Assembly: GCA_030390025.1 (NCBI GenBank)
Contig: CM059446.1
Span: forward strand, 8,308,001 to 8,372,000
Source: Squalus acanthias
Lineage: Eukaryota
DNA length: 64,000 nt
Reading direction: 5' to 3'
This document shows positions 49,571 to 64,000 of the stretch, in pieces. Every line of letters starts with the position of its first letter. The first letter of the stretch is position 1. The notes beneath the pieces were generated by a model, which saw nothing but the letters and a program-made list of their open reading frames with translations, did no database searches and was not told the DNA's origin. Made by a program: the position numbers and the translations under genes.

Positions 49571-50583
49571 ACGATGCAATGTTGGTTTTGTCATGCTGAT
49601 TATTTTAATACAAACAGTGCGGAGACAAATCATGTGAGATAAATCCACGTCCAATGGTGCTTAGGCCAGTTTTATTCCCAGCACAAATGACAATGGAGCT
49701 TCGATAGTCCAAATGTGTAGCCTGTAATGGGCCCCCATTTGGCCCAACAGGCACCTCTTGGCCCTGTTCAAAGAAGAGCATGATGTTCTCCCGGGGTCCT
49801 GACCAACATTCCTCCCTTAACCAGCACCCAACAAAAACTGATCAACAGAATCGTAGATTGATACAGCACAGAAGGAGGCCATTCGGCCCATCAACTGTTC
49901 ATTCATCTCATTGCTGTCTGTGGGATCTTGCTAAGTGCAAAATGGCTGCCACATTTGTCTCCATAACAACAGGCACTTCACCATAGTCAGTTGTAAGTAA
50001 AGCATTCTGGGATGTTTCTGAGCAGCGTGAAGACGTGCTATATATAAATGTTTTTTCCAATCAGAAAAGAAAGACTTGCATTTCTATAGCTTCTTTCACG
50101 ACCACCGGACGTCTCAAAGCTCTTTACAGCCAATGAAGTACTTTTTTGAAGTGTAGTCACTGTTGTAATGTAGGAAATGCGGCAGCCAATTTGCGCACAG
50201 CAAGCTCCCACAAACAGCAATGTGATAATGACCAGATGATCTGTTTTAGTGATGTTGATTGAGGGATAAATATTGGCCAGGACACCGGGGATAACTCCCC
50301 TGCTCTTCTTCGAAATAGTGCCGTGGGATCTTTGAGAGCAGACGGGGCCTCGGTTTAACGTCTCATCCGAAAGACGGCACCTCCGACAGTGCAGCACTCC
50401 CTCAGCACTGGGAGCGTCAGCCTAGATTTTTGTGCTCAAGTCTCTGGAGTGGGACTTGAACCCACAACCTTCTGACTCAGAGGCGAGTGTGCTACCCACT
50501 GAGCCACTGGCTGACAAGCTTCTCAATGTTTGTCTGGCTACCGGTGATTTTAGTCTTTCCTATGAAATTGCTTCTACGCTCAC

Positions 50584-50727
50584 CTCAAATTCCAGGTATT
50601 CCTCTTTCAGTTTGTATTCCTCCAGCTCTTTACCCTTCACCTTCTTGTCCGGAGGGTACGAGTGATGCTCAGCCACGTCCACAGCCATCGATTTGAGTCT
50701 GGTATCATGAGCCTTTATCTGCTCCTC
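50584..50727 (-). CDS. PSD: PSD exon (coiled coil)
   Basis: EEQIKAHDTRLKSMAVDVAEHHSYPPDKKVKGKELEEYKLKEEYLEFE, 144 nt. Confidence 0.9.
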
Positions 50728-51693
50728 CTGCAAAATTCAAAGAAAATAATAACAAAAAAAAATTAAGAGATTTAAACCTCCCCGCAGCACCCCCACCCCC
50801 CACCCACGCAACCTCCCCACCCAGTAATATGGTGGAAGCTAACACTAACCCACGCAACCTCCCCACCCACGCAACCTCCCCACCCACGCAACCTCCCCAC
50901 CAAGTAATATGGTGGAAGCTGCCACAACCCTTCGGTTACTCTGAAAAACCAGGATTCCCACATTCCCGCTGTACCCACTTCCGGCCAGCAGAGGGTGCCG
51001 TTGCACTGCCAAAAACCAATATGAACGTGTGTCGGCTGTGACTCAGTGGGCAGCACCCTCGCCTCCGAGTCAGAAGGTTGTGGGTTCAAGTCCCACTCCA
51101 GGGACTTGAGCACAAAAATCTAGGCTGACACTCCAGTGCAGTGCTGAGGGAGTGCTGCACTGTTGGAGGTGCCGTCTTTCGGATGAGACGTTAAACCGAG
51201 GCCCCGTCTGCCCCCTCGGGTGGACGTAAAAGATCCCATGGCACTATTTCGAAGAAGAGCAGGGGAGTTATCCCCGGTGTCCTGGGCCAATATTTATCCC
51301 TCAATCAACGTCACTAAATCAAATTATCTGGTCACTATCACATTGCTGTTTGTGGGGGCTTGCTGTGTGCAAATTGGCTGCCGCATTTCCCACATTACAA
51401 CAGTGACCACACTTCAAAAGTATTTAATTGGCTGTAAAGCGCTTTGGGATATCCGGTGGTCGTGAAAGGCGCTATAGAAATGCAAGTCTTTCTTTTTTTC
51501 CAGGTACCACAACCAAGTGGCCATCCTTCACACAAGAGGATAGACATGGAGGCTTCAAAATTACACTTCTGCGGACCTGGGTCACAACTACTCTGTGCGA
51601 ATATTAGCACATTAACGCCTTCATACTCAATTCCTTTGTCTGCTGTTTTATCGGAGGCGTTGTTGTTGTTGTTGAAATATCTCTGATCTTTCA

Positions 51694-51930
<237 letters not shown>

Positions 51931-52149
51931 TTAAGAAACACTCCTGGCCCCTCGGAGAAATATTGAGAAGCAAAGAGGTCCTAATTCAGTTAGATCGCCA
52001 GGGTCAGGGGTGAGGGAGATTTTCACTTTGGTTACAACGTCGGTGAGATCTCCCTGTTTCCCAGGTACAGCGAAAATCGTGAGTTCCCTGTACACAGGTT
52101 TCTGATTTTGCTACAATTAGCAAAGGAGAAGATTCCCGTCACCCATATC

Positions 52150-53270
52150 ATCGGCCGCGATTTTGCCAGCAGAGGCTGGATCGAGGCGGGAGAGCTGGAT
52201 GGCGGGTTCCGGTCCTGCTCCCAGCTGCAGACGCTCTGTGAAAAGGATTTTACGTTGATAGGGCTTGTTAAGCCCGTCCTGCAGGGTTCCCGGCCAATTA
52301 AAAGGAAGCGGGTCTGATGACGTCACTTGATGACGCGTCATTGGCCGGTTTCCTTAAAGGGACCACAGCCACATTGATTTTGACAGTTGTGCTGTCAGTG
52401 TTCTGCAGCATTGAGGTGCTGCAAACACAGACAAGCACTGCACAAAGATGCACGGCTGCACCCAGGCTCGCCCATTACTCCCTCCATATGCTTATGGAGG
52501 GAGTCACAGCACGCAGAGAGATTCTCTTCCCTTCCAAGGGTGGAAGAGACCACCCTAGGATACCAACGCAGCCTGGTTGCACATTGAAGAGGAGGGCACA
52601 AGCAGGGATGTGGTCAGGAGGCGCAAACCTTTCAATGATCTCAGTAGATCACGAAACGTTACTGCAAAGCCACACTCAACCTCATCCTCCTCTGCCACTC
52701 ATCACATCCCCTCGCTCTGCCTTCCCTACCCCTGTACATCCTTACTCACACCAACTTACCTTGCACCTCCACCCATCTCTCTCTATCTACATTATCACTT
52801 CCCCATCTCACTAGCCACCCCTCACACTCACCCTCATCCTAGTGCAATCACACCAACTAACAACACACAAGGGGAGGCACTTGGTGTTTTATGCAAAGTT
52901 CATGTAAATTTTCTGTTAATATGTTGTCAAACATTTAAATCTTTATTTTCAACACTTTGCCTTATTGTACAGGTCTGTGCTCACCTTTGGAAGTGTCTTA
53001 GTGAGTTGCAATGAATGGTGAGACAGAGCGGTATCCCCGCAATGGTGCTGAGTGTGAAAGGAATGGCTTGGTCATTGCAGGAATGCTTCATGGTGATGGT
53101 GTGGGGTGGTGTTAACCTGGCGCATCATGTTCTGAAATCGCAGATCCGACACTTTGGAAACTTACATGGAGGCGGGTTCGCAGCGGATTCCCAACCCGCT
53201 GTCAATCATTTCGATTTTGACAGTGGACCCGCCTCCGAACCCTGCCTTCTGAGTGCCGTCAAAATTCAGC
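52150..53270 (+). mobile_element. Harbinger-derived element with a Myb/SANT-like remnant (inverted relative at about 60-900)
   Basis: APRLAHYSLHMLMEGVTARREILFP, and the homologous peptide in ORF 496-747(-). Confidence 0.55.
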
Positions 53271-53435
53271 CCATCAACTTTGTAAATTTAACAGCAAGAT
53301 TTGCTAGGTTCCCATTTTCTAAGAAAATCATAAATGCTTTCTTAAAAATAAATATAGTATCATAGAATGTTCGAGTACAGAAGCAGACCATTCAGCCCAT
53401 CACTTCTGTAACCGTGATTTCTCCACATCAGCCTC

Positions 53436-53935
53436 CCAGTCTAATCCCACTCTCCCGCTCACTCCCCACACCCAGCTAATCCCACTCTCCCGCTCACTCC
53501 CCACACCCAGTCTAATCCCACTTTCCTGCTCACTCCCCACACCCAGTCTAATCCCACTCTCCCGCTCACTCCCCACACCCAGTCTAATCCCACTCTCCCG
53601 CTCACTCCCCACACCCAGTCTAATCCCACTTTCCTGCTCACTCCCCACACCCAGCCTAATCCCACTCTCCCGCTCACTCCCCACACCCAGTCTAATCCCA
53701 CTTTCCTGCTCACTCCCCACACCCAGCCTAATCCCACTCTCCCGCTCACTCCCCACACCCAGTCTAATCCCACTCTCCTGCTCACTCCCCCACACCCAGT
53801 CGAATCCCACTCTCCTGCTCACTCCCCCACACCCAGTCTAATCCCACTCTCCCGCTCACTCCCCCACACCCAGTCGAATCCCACTCTCCTGCTCACTCCC
53901 CCACACCCAGTCTAATCCCACTCTCCTGCTCACTC
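53436..53935. repeat. Tandem repeat with a unit of about 36 bp, about 14 copies
   Basis: cccagtctaatcccactctcccgctcactccccaca repeated head to tail. Confidence 0.95.
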
Positions 53936-54894
53936 TCTGAGCCCGGTCTCCTGGTCAAGAATCCAATAAATTATTATAGAAAGATGGGAAGGAATGGAGA
54001 GGAAAAGATCACCAAGGTCCATCTGGCCAATTTCAAAGTTCCCAGACTTTGTCACAATCTGTTGCCCAACAACCAACCAGCTCCCTCTCGCGTTTGCGTA
54101 CACCGTCAGCCCTGTCCCAAATATTCACCACCTTCTGTATGAAGTATTGAAATCTAAACTGCCTGTTCACCATCATTCTTCCGAGCTACAGTCCACGCCT
54201 CTGGCTCCAGGGGTTTGTGAATTATACCAAACTACTCATTCAGTTTATATACAGCCCTTAGAATCTTTGATTAGGTCTTCCTGAGCCTTCTTTCCTGCAT
54301 TGTCGATAGTCCCAGCTCCTTTTAATCTCTCAGAGCTCAGGTGTCTAACCCTCTGTCGCAGCTTAGTATAGTTTAGGACTTTTCATTTGCTTCTGTTATT
54401 TTGTAAGGCCGAGTTTGGAAATAATCAATTATTTGTTCAACTTCAAATGAAAGCAAAACCAGAGAGCAAGATTTACCTTTCGACAGGCCAAGGAGCCATT
54501 TATTTGCTCCCTACTCGTTTCAGTAACGCTCTTGGTCATCATATGGTGTTCGTGTCAGTGATCTGCGCTCCTCTAATTCTGGCCTCTTGAGCATCCCCGA
54601 TTTCCATCGCTCCACCATTGGCGGCCGTGCCTTCAGCTGCCTGGACCCTAAGCTCTGGAATTCTCTCCCTAAACCTCTCCGCCTCTCTTTCCTCCTTTAA
54701 GATGCTCCTTAAAACCTACCTCTTTGACCAAGCTTTTGGCCATCTGCCCTAATTTCTCCTTATGTGGTTCGGTGTCAAATTTTGTTTGATTACGCTCCTG
54801 TGAAGCACCTTGGGATGTTTTACTATGTTAAAGGCGCTATATAAATACAAGTTGCTGTTGTTGATCTACTGTACACTACAAAACTAGTCACTCA

Positions 54895-55056
<162 letters not shown>

Positions 55057-58000
55057 TCATGAACAAAGACAAGGAAACTAATCAACATAACCTTCACATC
55101 CCACAACCTTCAAAGAAGAGCAGGAAGTTCTCCCTGCTCCGTCAACTTGGGGGTGAAAACATAGAAACATAGAAAAATAGGAGCAGGAGTCGGCCATTCG
55201 GCCCTTCGAGCCTGCTCCGCCATTCAATATGATCATGGCTGATCCTCTATCTCAATACCATATTCCCGCTCTCTCCCCATACCCCTTGATGCCTTTTGTG
55301 TCTAGAAATCTATCTATCTCCTTCTTAAATATATTCAGTGACTTGGCCTCCACAGCCTTCTGTGGTAGAGAATTCCACAGGTTCACCACCCTCTTGAGTG
55401 AAGAAATTTCTCCTCATCTCAGTCCTAAATGTCCTACCCCGTATCCCGAGACTGTGACCCCTCTATAAACACAGGACGACCATCAGAGCGGACGCCGTTG
55501 CATCCCACTTGATACAAACAACAAAGGCTCCGGTGGACAAAGAATTGAGACGCCAGGTGATGCGGCAGCTTCCGACAAACTTGATGGCGGCACCAAGATC
55601 GTCAACGACGTCTGACCCGTTCACCCTGGACGAACTAAACGCAGCCCTGTCGCCAACCAAATCTGGAAAAACTGCTGGCCCAACAGCTTTTAAAAGGATT
55701 AACTGGTCATTCCTCCCATTTGTTCGACAAATTGGCTGCTGCGCTCGGCTCCATAACAGTGCCCGTATTTCAACGTAATTCACTGGTTGCGTCCGGTGGA
55801 TGTGACGAGGAACTATCAAAATGCAGGCTTTCTTTTAAGTACCCAGCCTGGGGATGGTGTGTAGAAACTAGGAATTGAGGGAGGGAAGAAGATACAAAAA
55901 GATTGGGGCGGGGTATTTTAACCCCACCCCCCAGGAATGGGGCAGGAGTGCAAATAATATCACTGGGCAAAGGACCGAATCGATTCCTGCCCGCTGCCAT
56001 CTTAACCCGGCCTTTTTGTCTCAGGTGGCCAATGTGCCCGCCTGACTCGGTTATTAATACCAGCAAATGGAGGGTCCTATGATGTCATCAGGGTCCCAAT
56101 GGCACTTTCAAACCTGGCAGGGAAGAGGAGCAGCAGCTCCAAGGTACCTCCAAACTTTTTCTTGGTGGGGCCAGGAGGAGCAGGAGCATTCCGCCGGCCA
56201 CCACTCGGAAAGTCGGGGCCCCCGCTAATCCAGGCTCGCCCCCTCACCCCACCTCCAAAATAGCCCCCAATCCCCCGCCTCCCCCCCCACACCCACTTGC
56301 CTTGGTGCTGGCGGTCGGTCATCTGTTTTTATTACAGATCTTCATCATTTGCAGTTCCCCACCCCCCCCGCCACTTTTATCCAAACTATGGGCTATGAAT
56401 GACTTGACAGGGTAGATGCAGAGAGGATGTTTTCCCCTCGTGGGGGAATCTAGAACTAGGGGGCATCATTTCAGAATAAGGAGGCACCCATTTAAATCGG
56501 AAATGAGGAGAAATTTCTTCTCTCCGAGGGTCGTGAATCTTTGGAATTCTCTGCCCCAGAGAGCTGTGGAGGCTGGGTCATTGAATATATTTAAGGTGGA
56601 GATAGACAGATTTTTGAACGATAAGGGAGTCAAGGGTTATGGGGAGCGGGCAGGGAAGTGGAGTTGAGGCCAAGATCAGATCAGCCATGATCTTATTGAA
56701 TGGCGGAGCAGGCTCGAGGGGCCAAATGGCCTATTCCTGCTCCTACGTCTTATGTTCTTATGATAGTGGGGGCATTACTGTCAAGCGCCAATCCATCCTC
56801 ACCCAGCAGCCACACAATTCTGCACAATTTCCAGTGGGGGAGAACGGAGGGGAACCCTGGCTGATTATTCCCTTCCTTAGGTTAGGCTCACAGTCCAATT
56901 TTAAGACCCCTATGAACAGCCCAGCTGAGGCCAAGCGTTGAACCGAGGACCCTCCTGGTCTATTATGCCTCTTTACCAAACTGGTAAAAGGAGTACATTT
57001 AATCCCCGAGCCTTCAGGTTAGCAGTTAGATGTACTGCTAAAAGGGCATGTCTGGCAGAACATGGCACAGTTCACTCGCGGTCCGATACACTGAATGGCA
57101 AAGCAAAGGTCTGGACTTGTGATTCCCCACAGGGTAAGTTCCCTATCTCGGCCATGCCCATCAGAGATACGAAAGAGGAAATGAAAAAACAAAACTCAAG
57201 AGGGAGAATCACTCAGGTCACACCCCTCACAGCTCTCCTTTTTTAAAATTCATTCACAGGATGTGGTCGTCGCTGGCCAGGCCCAGCATTTATTGCCCAT
57301 CCCTAGTTGCCCTCGAGAAGGTGGTGGTGAGCCGCCTTCTTGAACCGCTGCAGTCCTCGTGGTGAAGGTGCTCCCACACTGCTGTTAGGTACGGTAGCAT
57401 AGTGATTGTTACTGGACTAGTAATCCAGAGGCCTGGACTAATAATCTGGCAGACATGAGTTCAAATCCCATCACTAGCAGCTGGGGAATTTAAATTCAGT
57501 TAATTAAATAAATCTGGAATTAAAAGCTAGTATCAGTAATGGTGAGCATGAAACTACCAGATTGTCGTAAAAACCCATCTGGTTCACTAATGTCCTTTAG
57601 GGAAGGAAATCTGCTGCCCTTACCCGGTCTGGCCGATATGTGACTCCAAACCCACAGCAATGTGGTTGACTCTTGACTGTCCCTCTGAAATGGCCTAGCG
57701 AGACACTCAGTTGTATCAAACAGCTACGAAAAACTATAAGAAGAATAAAACTGGACGGACCACCCAGCATCGACCTAACAGCACTGTGGGGACACCTTCA
57801 CCACACAGCCTGCAGCGATTCAAGGCGGCGGCTCACCATTCGGGATGGGCAATAAATGCTGGCCTTGCCAGTGATGCCCACATCCCGTGAACAAATAAAC
57901 AAACAAATAAATAAATAAATAAATAAATAAATAAAGGAAAGGAGTTCCAGGATTTTGACCCAGCGACGATGAAGGAAGGGTCGATATATTTCCAAGTCAG

Positions 58001-58336
58001 GATGGTGTGTGACTTGGAGGGGAACTTGGAGGTGGTGGTGTTCCCATGTGCCTGCTGCCCTTGTCCTTCTAGGTGGTGGAGGTGGCGGGTTTGGGAGGTG
58101 CTGCCGAAGAAGCCTTGGCGAGTTGCTGCAGTGCATCTTGTAGATGGCAGACATGGTGTACCATCACTCCTTGTGGGGAAACTGTACCTCGGCTCCGGCT
58201 GAGGGCTAGCAGATCACTTTTGGAAGGGAAGGGGAGGAAATCTATATAAAGTAACCGGGTTTTCCGGTAAATTTCCTCCTCCTTCTACCAATGAAGCATT
58301 TCTCTGTTAACCAAAAGTACCAGGGTGGAAAAATCA

Positions 58337-58444
<108 letters not shown>

Positions 58445-59905
58445 CTAGGCTGCTCGGCACAGAACCTTTAAGACGTGAACCTTTAATGCCTGGAAACGGC
58501 TCGTCCTACAATCATTGGGCCAAATTCAGCTACAACTGAGAAACACTCAACTAAAGATAGATGACCTACCGTGTAGCTTTTTTCATTCTTTGAGTGATGT
58601 GCATCCCCCACACACTGTCGGAGTGTAGTCCATCTTGGTTCTGGGGTAGTCACATGCTCAGCATGCACACTGTTTGCTCTGATGTTACAGATAGGCATGG
58701 CTGGAAGGGTCCTCCTGCTCCCCAGGACCTGCACCATTGTGCTAGCTCAACCTGGCTTGATCAAAATCAAACTGGAAATAACTAACCGCCTAAACTACCC
58801 CACCTGCAGGGCCTGGATGGGTGGGATTGTGGTGTGTGGAAGATACAAGATCATCAAAGAATGAAGGAGGCCATATGGGAAATCTATTCCCTTTCTTCAG
58901 TCCGCTTGCTCCACAAAGGAACATTGCATTTCTCCAGCGCTTTTAATGTGGAAAAGCATCCCCCAGGTGTTTCACCGAGGCACAAGAAGAAAAATGAATA
59001 CTGAGCCAAAGGAGGAGTTATTAGGAGGGATGACCAGAAGCTTGGTCGAAGTGGCTGGTTTTAAGGTCATAAAGGAGGGGGGGGGGGGGGGGGGGTTGGT
59101 GGAGAGGTTTAGGGAGGGGATTCCAGAATGTGGGACCTAGGCTGCTGAAGGCACGGCCACCAATGATGGAGCGAAGGAAGGGTGGGGGGGATGCACAAGA
59201 GACTAGAGTCAGAGGGATGGAGAGTTTGTGCACCCCTTGTTGCTCAATGGTAGTGTCGGTAGAGATCATTGGTTGACAACCTGACCAATTTCTTGGAGCA
59301 AAATACTGCTCTTTTGGCAAATGACTGGATTATCCTCAATGGCACGGCAGTGAACCACCTGTTCCCAGAGCGCCCCGCGATGCTGCACGACAGATAAATC
59401 TTTCAGTGTCGATGGCGATATTCAAACAATATACAGTTTGTGAAACAACAACAGAAAACGCTGGAAAAACTCAGCAGGCCAGGCAACATCCATGGAGAGA
59501 GAAACAGAGTTAACGTTTCAGGTCGAAACCCTTCGTCAGAACTGAGAAAAGAGCAGGAAATGAAACAGATAAAAATGCAAGGGGGAGGCTGGGGGGAGGA
59601 ATAACTGTGGTAAGTAGAGACATTAAGAGATGCTCAAGGCAAGACGAGATGGTAATGGGACAGGTTAAGGAACAAAAGGTGAAGTGTGAAATGCTGGCAG
59701 AATGAGAGACAGCTGCCGTAGGGGGAGAGAGAGAAAAAAAAGGAAAAAGGCACGAACCAAAAGGGTGGATAAAATGTATATATATGTGGTAGGGGCCGAG
59801 GTTATGATCTGAAATTGTTGAACTCGATATTGAGTCCGGAAGGCTGTAAAGTGCCTAAACGAAAGAGGAGGTGCAGTTTGTGAATGTTGGGCCGAGGACA
59901 CTCAC

Positions 59906-60096
59906 TTTTCTTCCCATCGGAATCTGCGTGCATTTTGCGCACCAGGAAACCATGTTTGTAGGTGGCCGCGTTGGGGTCCTGCATGATGTCCAAGAATGGA
60001 TTGCTGCCGCTGCTGATCCTTTTCATCGCCTTCAAGCTGGGATCCGTTCTTTCATCTGCCAGCTCGGACAGTGACTTTCGCAGCTCTTCCTCGTTA
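59906..60096 (-). CDS. PSD: PSD (EFA6-family Arf6 GEF) exon: linker and start of PH domain
   Basis: NEEELRKSLSELAD...SNPFLD...YKHGFLVRKMHADSDGKK, with AG/GT boundaries. Confidence 0.9.
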
Positions 60097-60919
60097 CTGT
60101 CGAGAGAAAAGAAACTGATCTTTAGAACAATCACGGGCCCTCTAATGGTGATAAGAGCCACCATGGCACAAGTGAACACTCCTGTGGCTCCTAACCCCAC
60201 AGGCATTCAATTACTGCTGTATTTGCTATTTTATCAGCATCTTTAACTGTCTCCGCACCAACTCCTGGCAGTGGACTGGGTTGGCCAGTTGGTTAAGCAC
60301 AGAAGTGAGGACCAGATGATCTTGGGTTTGAAGCCAGTAGTGACCTCTTAGCCGCCCCTCCTTAAAAGGCTGTTAAAGTGAGGACTCGACCTTCAAATAG
60401 CATCGACGAATGCCCATTTTGGTCTGAAAGTCTTTCTTTCGCTATCTTAATGGATTAGCGTCTCGGCTAGAATAGCGGAGAAAGAAAATTCCAGACAAAC
60501 GCATTACATTTTAAGAGACCCGTGTTGCTGGTCGGGCTTCACGCACATCCAGTGTACATCAGATAACCACAAGGGAACTGTCCGCTATTTAACACATATT
60601 GATTTGAGTGGACAGATAATCGTGTGCCTCTCTCTGGCTGCATGTGGGGCTTCTCCAGAAACACGGGGCCTCATAAAATGCCCCCTTTAAGTGTTTGTAG
60701 ACTCGCGTCCAATGGTGTCATTTCAAGGCCTACGTGTTAGGACGCGGGGCAAAACAGGGACCGAGAAGTGTTTGCCCCTCCCACCCCCCCCGGGTGTTCA
60801 GCAACGGAAACAGGGATCAATAGCAACCCCAGTGGAGATCAATCTCTGCAGATAACCAGAGATCTCCCTCAAACACTGTCTCACTGTGACTCAGTCATTC
60901 TGCTTGTCTTCCGATCTTA

Positions 60920-61935
60920 GAATCATAGAATGGTTACAGCAAAAAAGGAGGCCATTCGGCCCGTCAAGCCCGTGCCGGCTCTCTGCAAGAGCACTTCAGC
61001 TAGTCCCACTCCCCCCGCCCTTTCCCCGTAGCCCTGCAAATTTTTTTCTTTCAGATACTTATCCAACTCACTTTTGAAAGCCACGATTGAATCTGCCTCC
61101 ACCATCCTTTCAGGCAGTGCATTCCAGATCCTAACCACTCACTGTGTAAAAAAGTTTTTCCTCATGTCGCCTTTGGTTCTTCTGCCAATCACCTTAAATC
61201 TGTGTCCTCTGGTTCTCGACGCTTCCACCAATGGGAACAGTTTCTCTCTGTCTAGACCCCTCATGATTTTGAACACCTCTATCAAATCTCCTCTCAACCT
61301 TCTCTGCTCTAAGGAGAACAACCCCAGCTTCTCCAGTCTATCCACGTAACTGAAGTCCCTCATCCCTGGAACCATTCTTGTAAATATTTTCTGCACCCTC
61401 TCCAAGGCCTTCACATCCTTCCTGAAGTGCGGTGCCCAGAATTGGACACAATACTCCAGTTGAGGCCGAACCAGTGTTTTATAAAGGTTCGTCATAACTT
61501 CCTTGCTTTTGTACTCTGTGCCTCGATTTATGAAGCCCAGGATCCCATATGTTTTTTTAACCGCTTTCTCAACCTGCCCTGCCACCTTCAACGATTTGTG
61601 CACATATACCACCAGATCTCTCTGTTCATGCACCCCCTTTAGAATTGTACCCTTTAGTTTATATTGCCTCTCCTCGTTCTTCCTACCAAAATGTATCACT
61701 TCGCACTTTTCTGCGTTAAACTTCATCTGCCACATGTCCGCCCATTTCACCAGCCTGTATGTGTCTTCTTGAAGTCGCTCACTCTCCTCTTCACTATACT
61801 TCCAAGTTTTGTGTCATCTGCAAATTTTCAAATTGTGCCCTGTACACCCACATCCAGTCATTAATATATATCAAGAAAAGCAGTGGCTCTAGTACTGACC
61901 CCTGGGGAACACCACTGTATACCTTCCTCCAGTCC
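60920..61935 (-). mobile_element. CR1 LINE fragment
   Basis: WQMKFNAEKCEVIHFG...[10 protein letters not shown]...RGDLIEVFK. Confidence 0.88.
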
Positions 61936-62059
61936 AAAAAACAAAATCTTTTTCTGTCCCGCTCATTTTCTCTCTCACCCTTTCTCTTCTCGTCACCTCT
62001 GTATTTCTATTAGACAAACGACGGCCTATTAATGATTTTGAATGGGGGACTTTTTTAAA

Positions 62060-62700
62060 ATTTGTTTATGGAATGTGGGCGTCGCTGGCAAGGCCAGCAT
62101 TTATTGCCCATCCCCAACTGCCCTTGAGAAGGTGGTGGTGAGCCGCCTTCTTGAACCGCTGCAGTCCGTGTGGTGAAGGTACTCCCACAGTGCTGTTAGG
62201 GAGGGAGTTCCAGGATTTTGACCCAGTGACGATGAAGGAACGGCAATATATTTCCAAGTCAGGATGGTGTGTGACTTGGAGGTGGTGGTGTTCCCATGCG
62301 CCTGCTGCCCTTGTCCTTCTAGGTGGAAGAGGTCACAGGTTTGGGAGGTGCTGCCGAAGAAGCCTTGGCGAGTTGCTGCAGTGCATCTTGTAGATGGTAC
62401 ACACTGCAGCCACGGTGCGCCGGTGGTGGAGGAGGGAGTGAATGTTTAAGGTGGTGGATGGGGTGCCAATCAAGTGGGGCTGCTTTGTCCTGGATGGTGT
62501 CGAGCTTCTTGAGTGTTGTTGGAGCTGCACTCATCCAGGCAAGTGGAGAGTGTTCCATCACACTCCTTACATGTGCCTTGTAGATGGTAGAAAGGCTTTG
62601 GGGAGTCAGGAAGTGAGACACTCGCCACAGAATACCCAGCCTCTGACCTGCTCTTGTTGCCACAGTATTTATGTGGCTGGTCCAGTTAAGTTTCTGGTCA
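62060..62700 (-). mobile_element. LINE 3' fragment of a second family (related pieces at about 3340-3560, 57250-57390 and 57780-58150)
   Basis: Degenerate ORF2-like peptide QRLGILWRV...STIYKAHVRSVME...LDTIQDKA with a shared gggcaataaatgctgg 3' end. Confidence 0.7.
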
Positions 62701-62849
62701 GTCTGTACAAGTCAGACAATTGTGAAGCAGCTTTGACACTGAGGCCTAGGACTCAGGCTTGCCCTTGCTGAATGGCACTGTGCTAAGCCACCACAGAATC
62801 ACAGAATCCCCACAGTGCAGATAGAGGCCATTTCGGCTCATCGAGCCTG

Positions 62850-63105
62850 CACCGACACATATCCCACCCTATCCCCGTAACCCCACATATTTAATCCCCC
62901 CAACACTAAGGGTCAATTTATCATAGTCAAATCAACCTAACCCGCACATCTTTGGACTGTGGGAGGAAACCGGAGCACCCGGAGGAAACCCACGCAGACA
63001 CGGGGAGAATGTGCAAACTCCACACAGACAGTCACCCGAGGCCGGATTCGAACCCGGGTCCCTGGCGCTGTGAGGCAACAGTGTTAACCACTATGCCACT
63101 GTGTT
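62850..63105 (-). mobile_element. tRNA-derived SINE of a second family
   Basis: A/B-box head tagtggttaacactgttgcctcacagcgccagggacccgggttcgaatcc on the minus strand. Confidence 0.75.
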
Positions 63106-64000
63106 GCCCACAATCACACCTTTATATTTAAAAAAAAAGTTTGGTTTTTTTTGTAATCAGACTTGGTGCCCTGTGGAGAACTGGCAGCTGTAATAAGCCT
63201 CACAGCAGATAATCACAGATATGTGAAAATAATTCTCACACAGGGATTGACTGCAAAATCAATGCAATTAACAGTATGCTGCTAAAATAAGAAAATCTAA
63301 TTGAAAAGATGTGCTTTCTGAACCTTTGAACGTACACATTTCTATTTCAGCAGCCAGTTGAAGCTTTTATCAAGAAAGCCAACTGTTCCTAGCTCACGGC
63401 TGATTAACTTTCCAATTAACTGTTATATAAAAGTGTACACTTCCTCACATTTCAATTTTGATAATTGTATCACTTTTGCCCTCTATAATTAAAAACCTGA
63501 GGCTCGGATGGAGCGGACAGGTTCAGAGATCCATATTTAAAACAGAAGCCACGATTCCTGAGGGAGCTAGCCTATTGACCCACCTTGGAAAGAATGCACC
63601 CATTAGGAATTGGGAGCCAGGAGCGCTGTGTGTCAGTTCCAGTACTGGTGAGAGCACAACTCAGATACACACTCCGGTTAAAAGTTGTCTTAAGAACATA
63701 AGAAGTAAGTGCAGGAGTAGGTGATACGGCCCCTCGAGCCTGCTCCGCCATTCAATAAGATCATGGCTGATCATCGACCTCAACTCCATTTTCCCGCCCG
63801 ATCTCCATATCCTTTGATTCCCCTGGAGTGCAGAAATCTATCGATCTCAGCCTTGAATATACTCAAAGACTCAGCATTCACAGCCCTCTGGGGCAGAGAA
63901 TTCCAAAGATTCACAACCCTCTGAGTGAAGAAATTCCTCCTCATCTCAGTCTTAAATGACCTACCTCTTATCCTGAGACTATGCCCCCTAGTTCTAGACA

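Noticed and set aside
51035-51110. tRNA-like sequences
   Set aside because: These are SINE heads continuing into SINE bodies, not tRNA genes.
53400-53935. Regular 36-bp repeat that could look like a CRISPR array or a repeat protein
   Set aside because: Head-to-tail units without unique spacers, in a eukaryotic intron. It is a minisatellite.

Overview
Repeat-rich vertebrate genomic DNA. The tRNA-derived SINE, CR1/L2 LINE and Harbinger/hAT MITE content points to a cartilaginous fish (inference). The left end holds the last exon of a mannose-type (EPN/WND) collectin (+). The right end holds six 3' exons of PSD/EFA6 (-). Between them is a head-to-head inverted duplication (about 7261-26129 versus 26488-43073). 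Each arm carries a miniature antigen-receptor gene: leader exon, one V with a 23-bp-spacer RSS, one J with a 12-bp-spacer RSS, a C1 exon, a Cys-containing connecting-peptide exon and a TM/cytoplasmic exon. The right (+) copy is intact in every exon and splice phase. The left (-) copy has two 1-nt deletions. The chain has TCR exon architecture and TCR-beta-like C/CP/TM sequence, but no D segment and no TM lysine, and its neighbours do not match canonical TCR/Ig loci. It is a candidate RAG-rearranging antigen-receptor chain of unassigned class. All coordinates were read by eye and no database searches were run.
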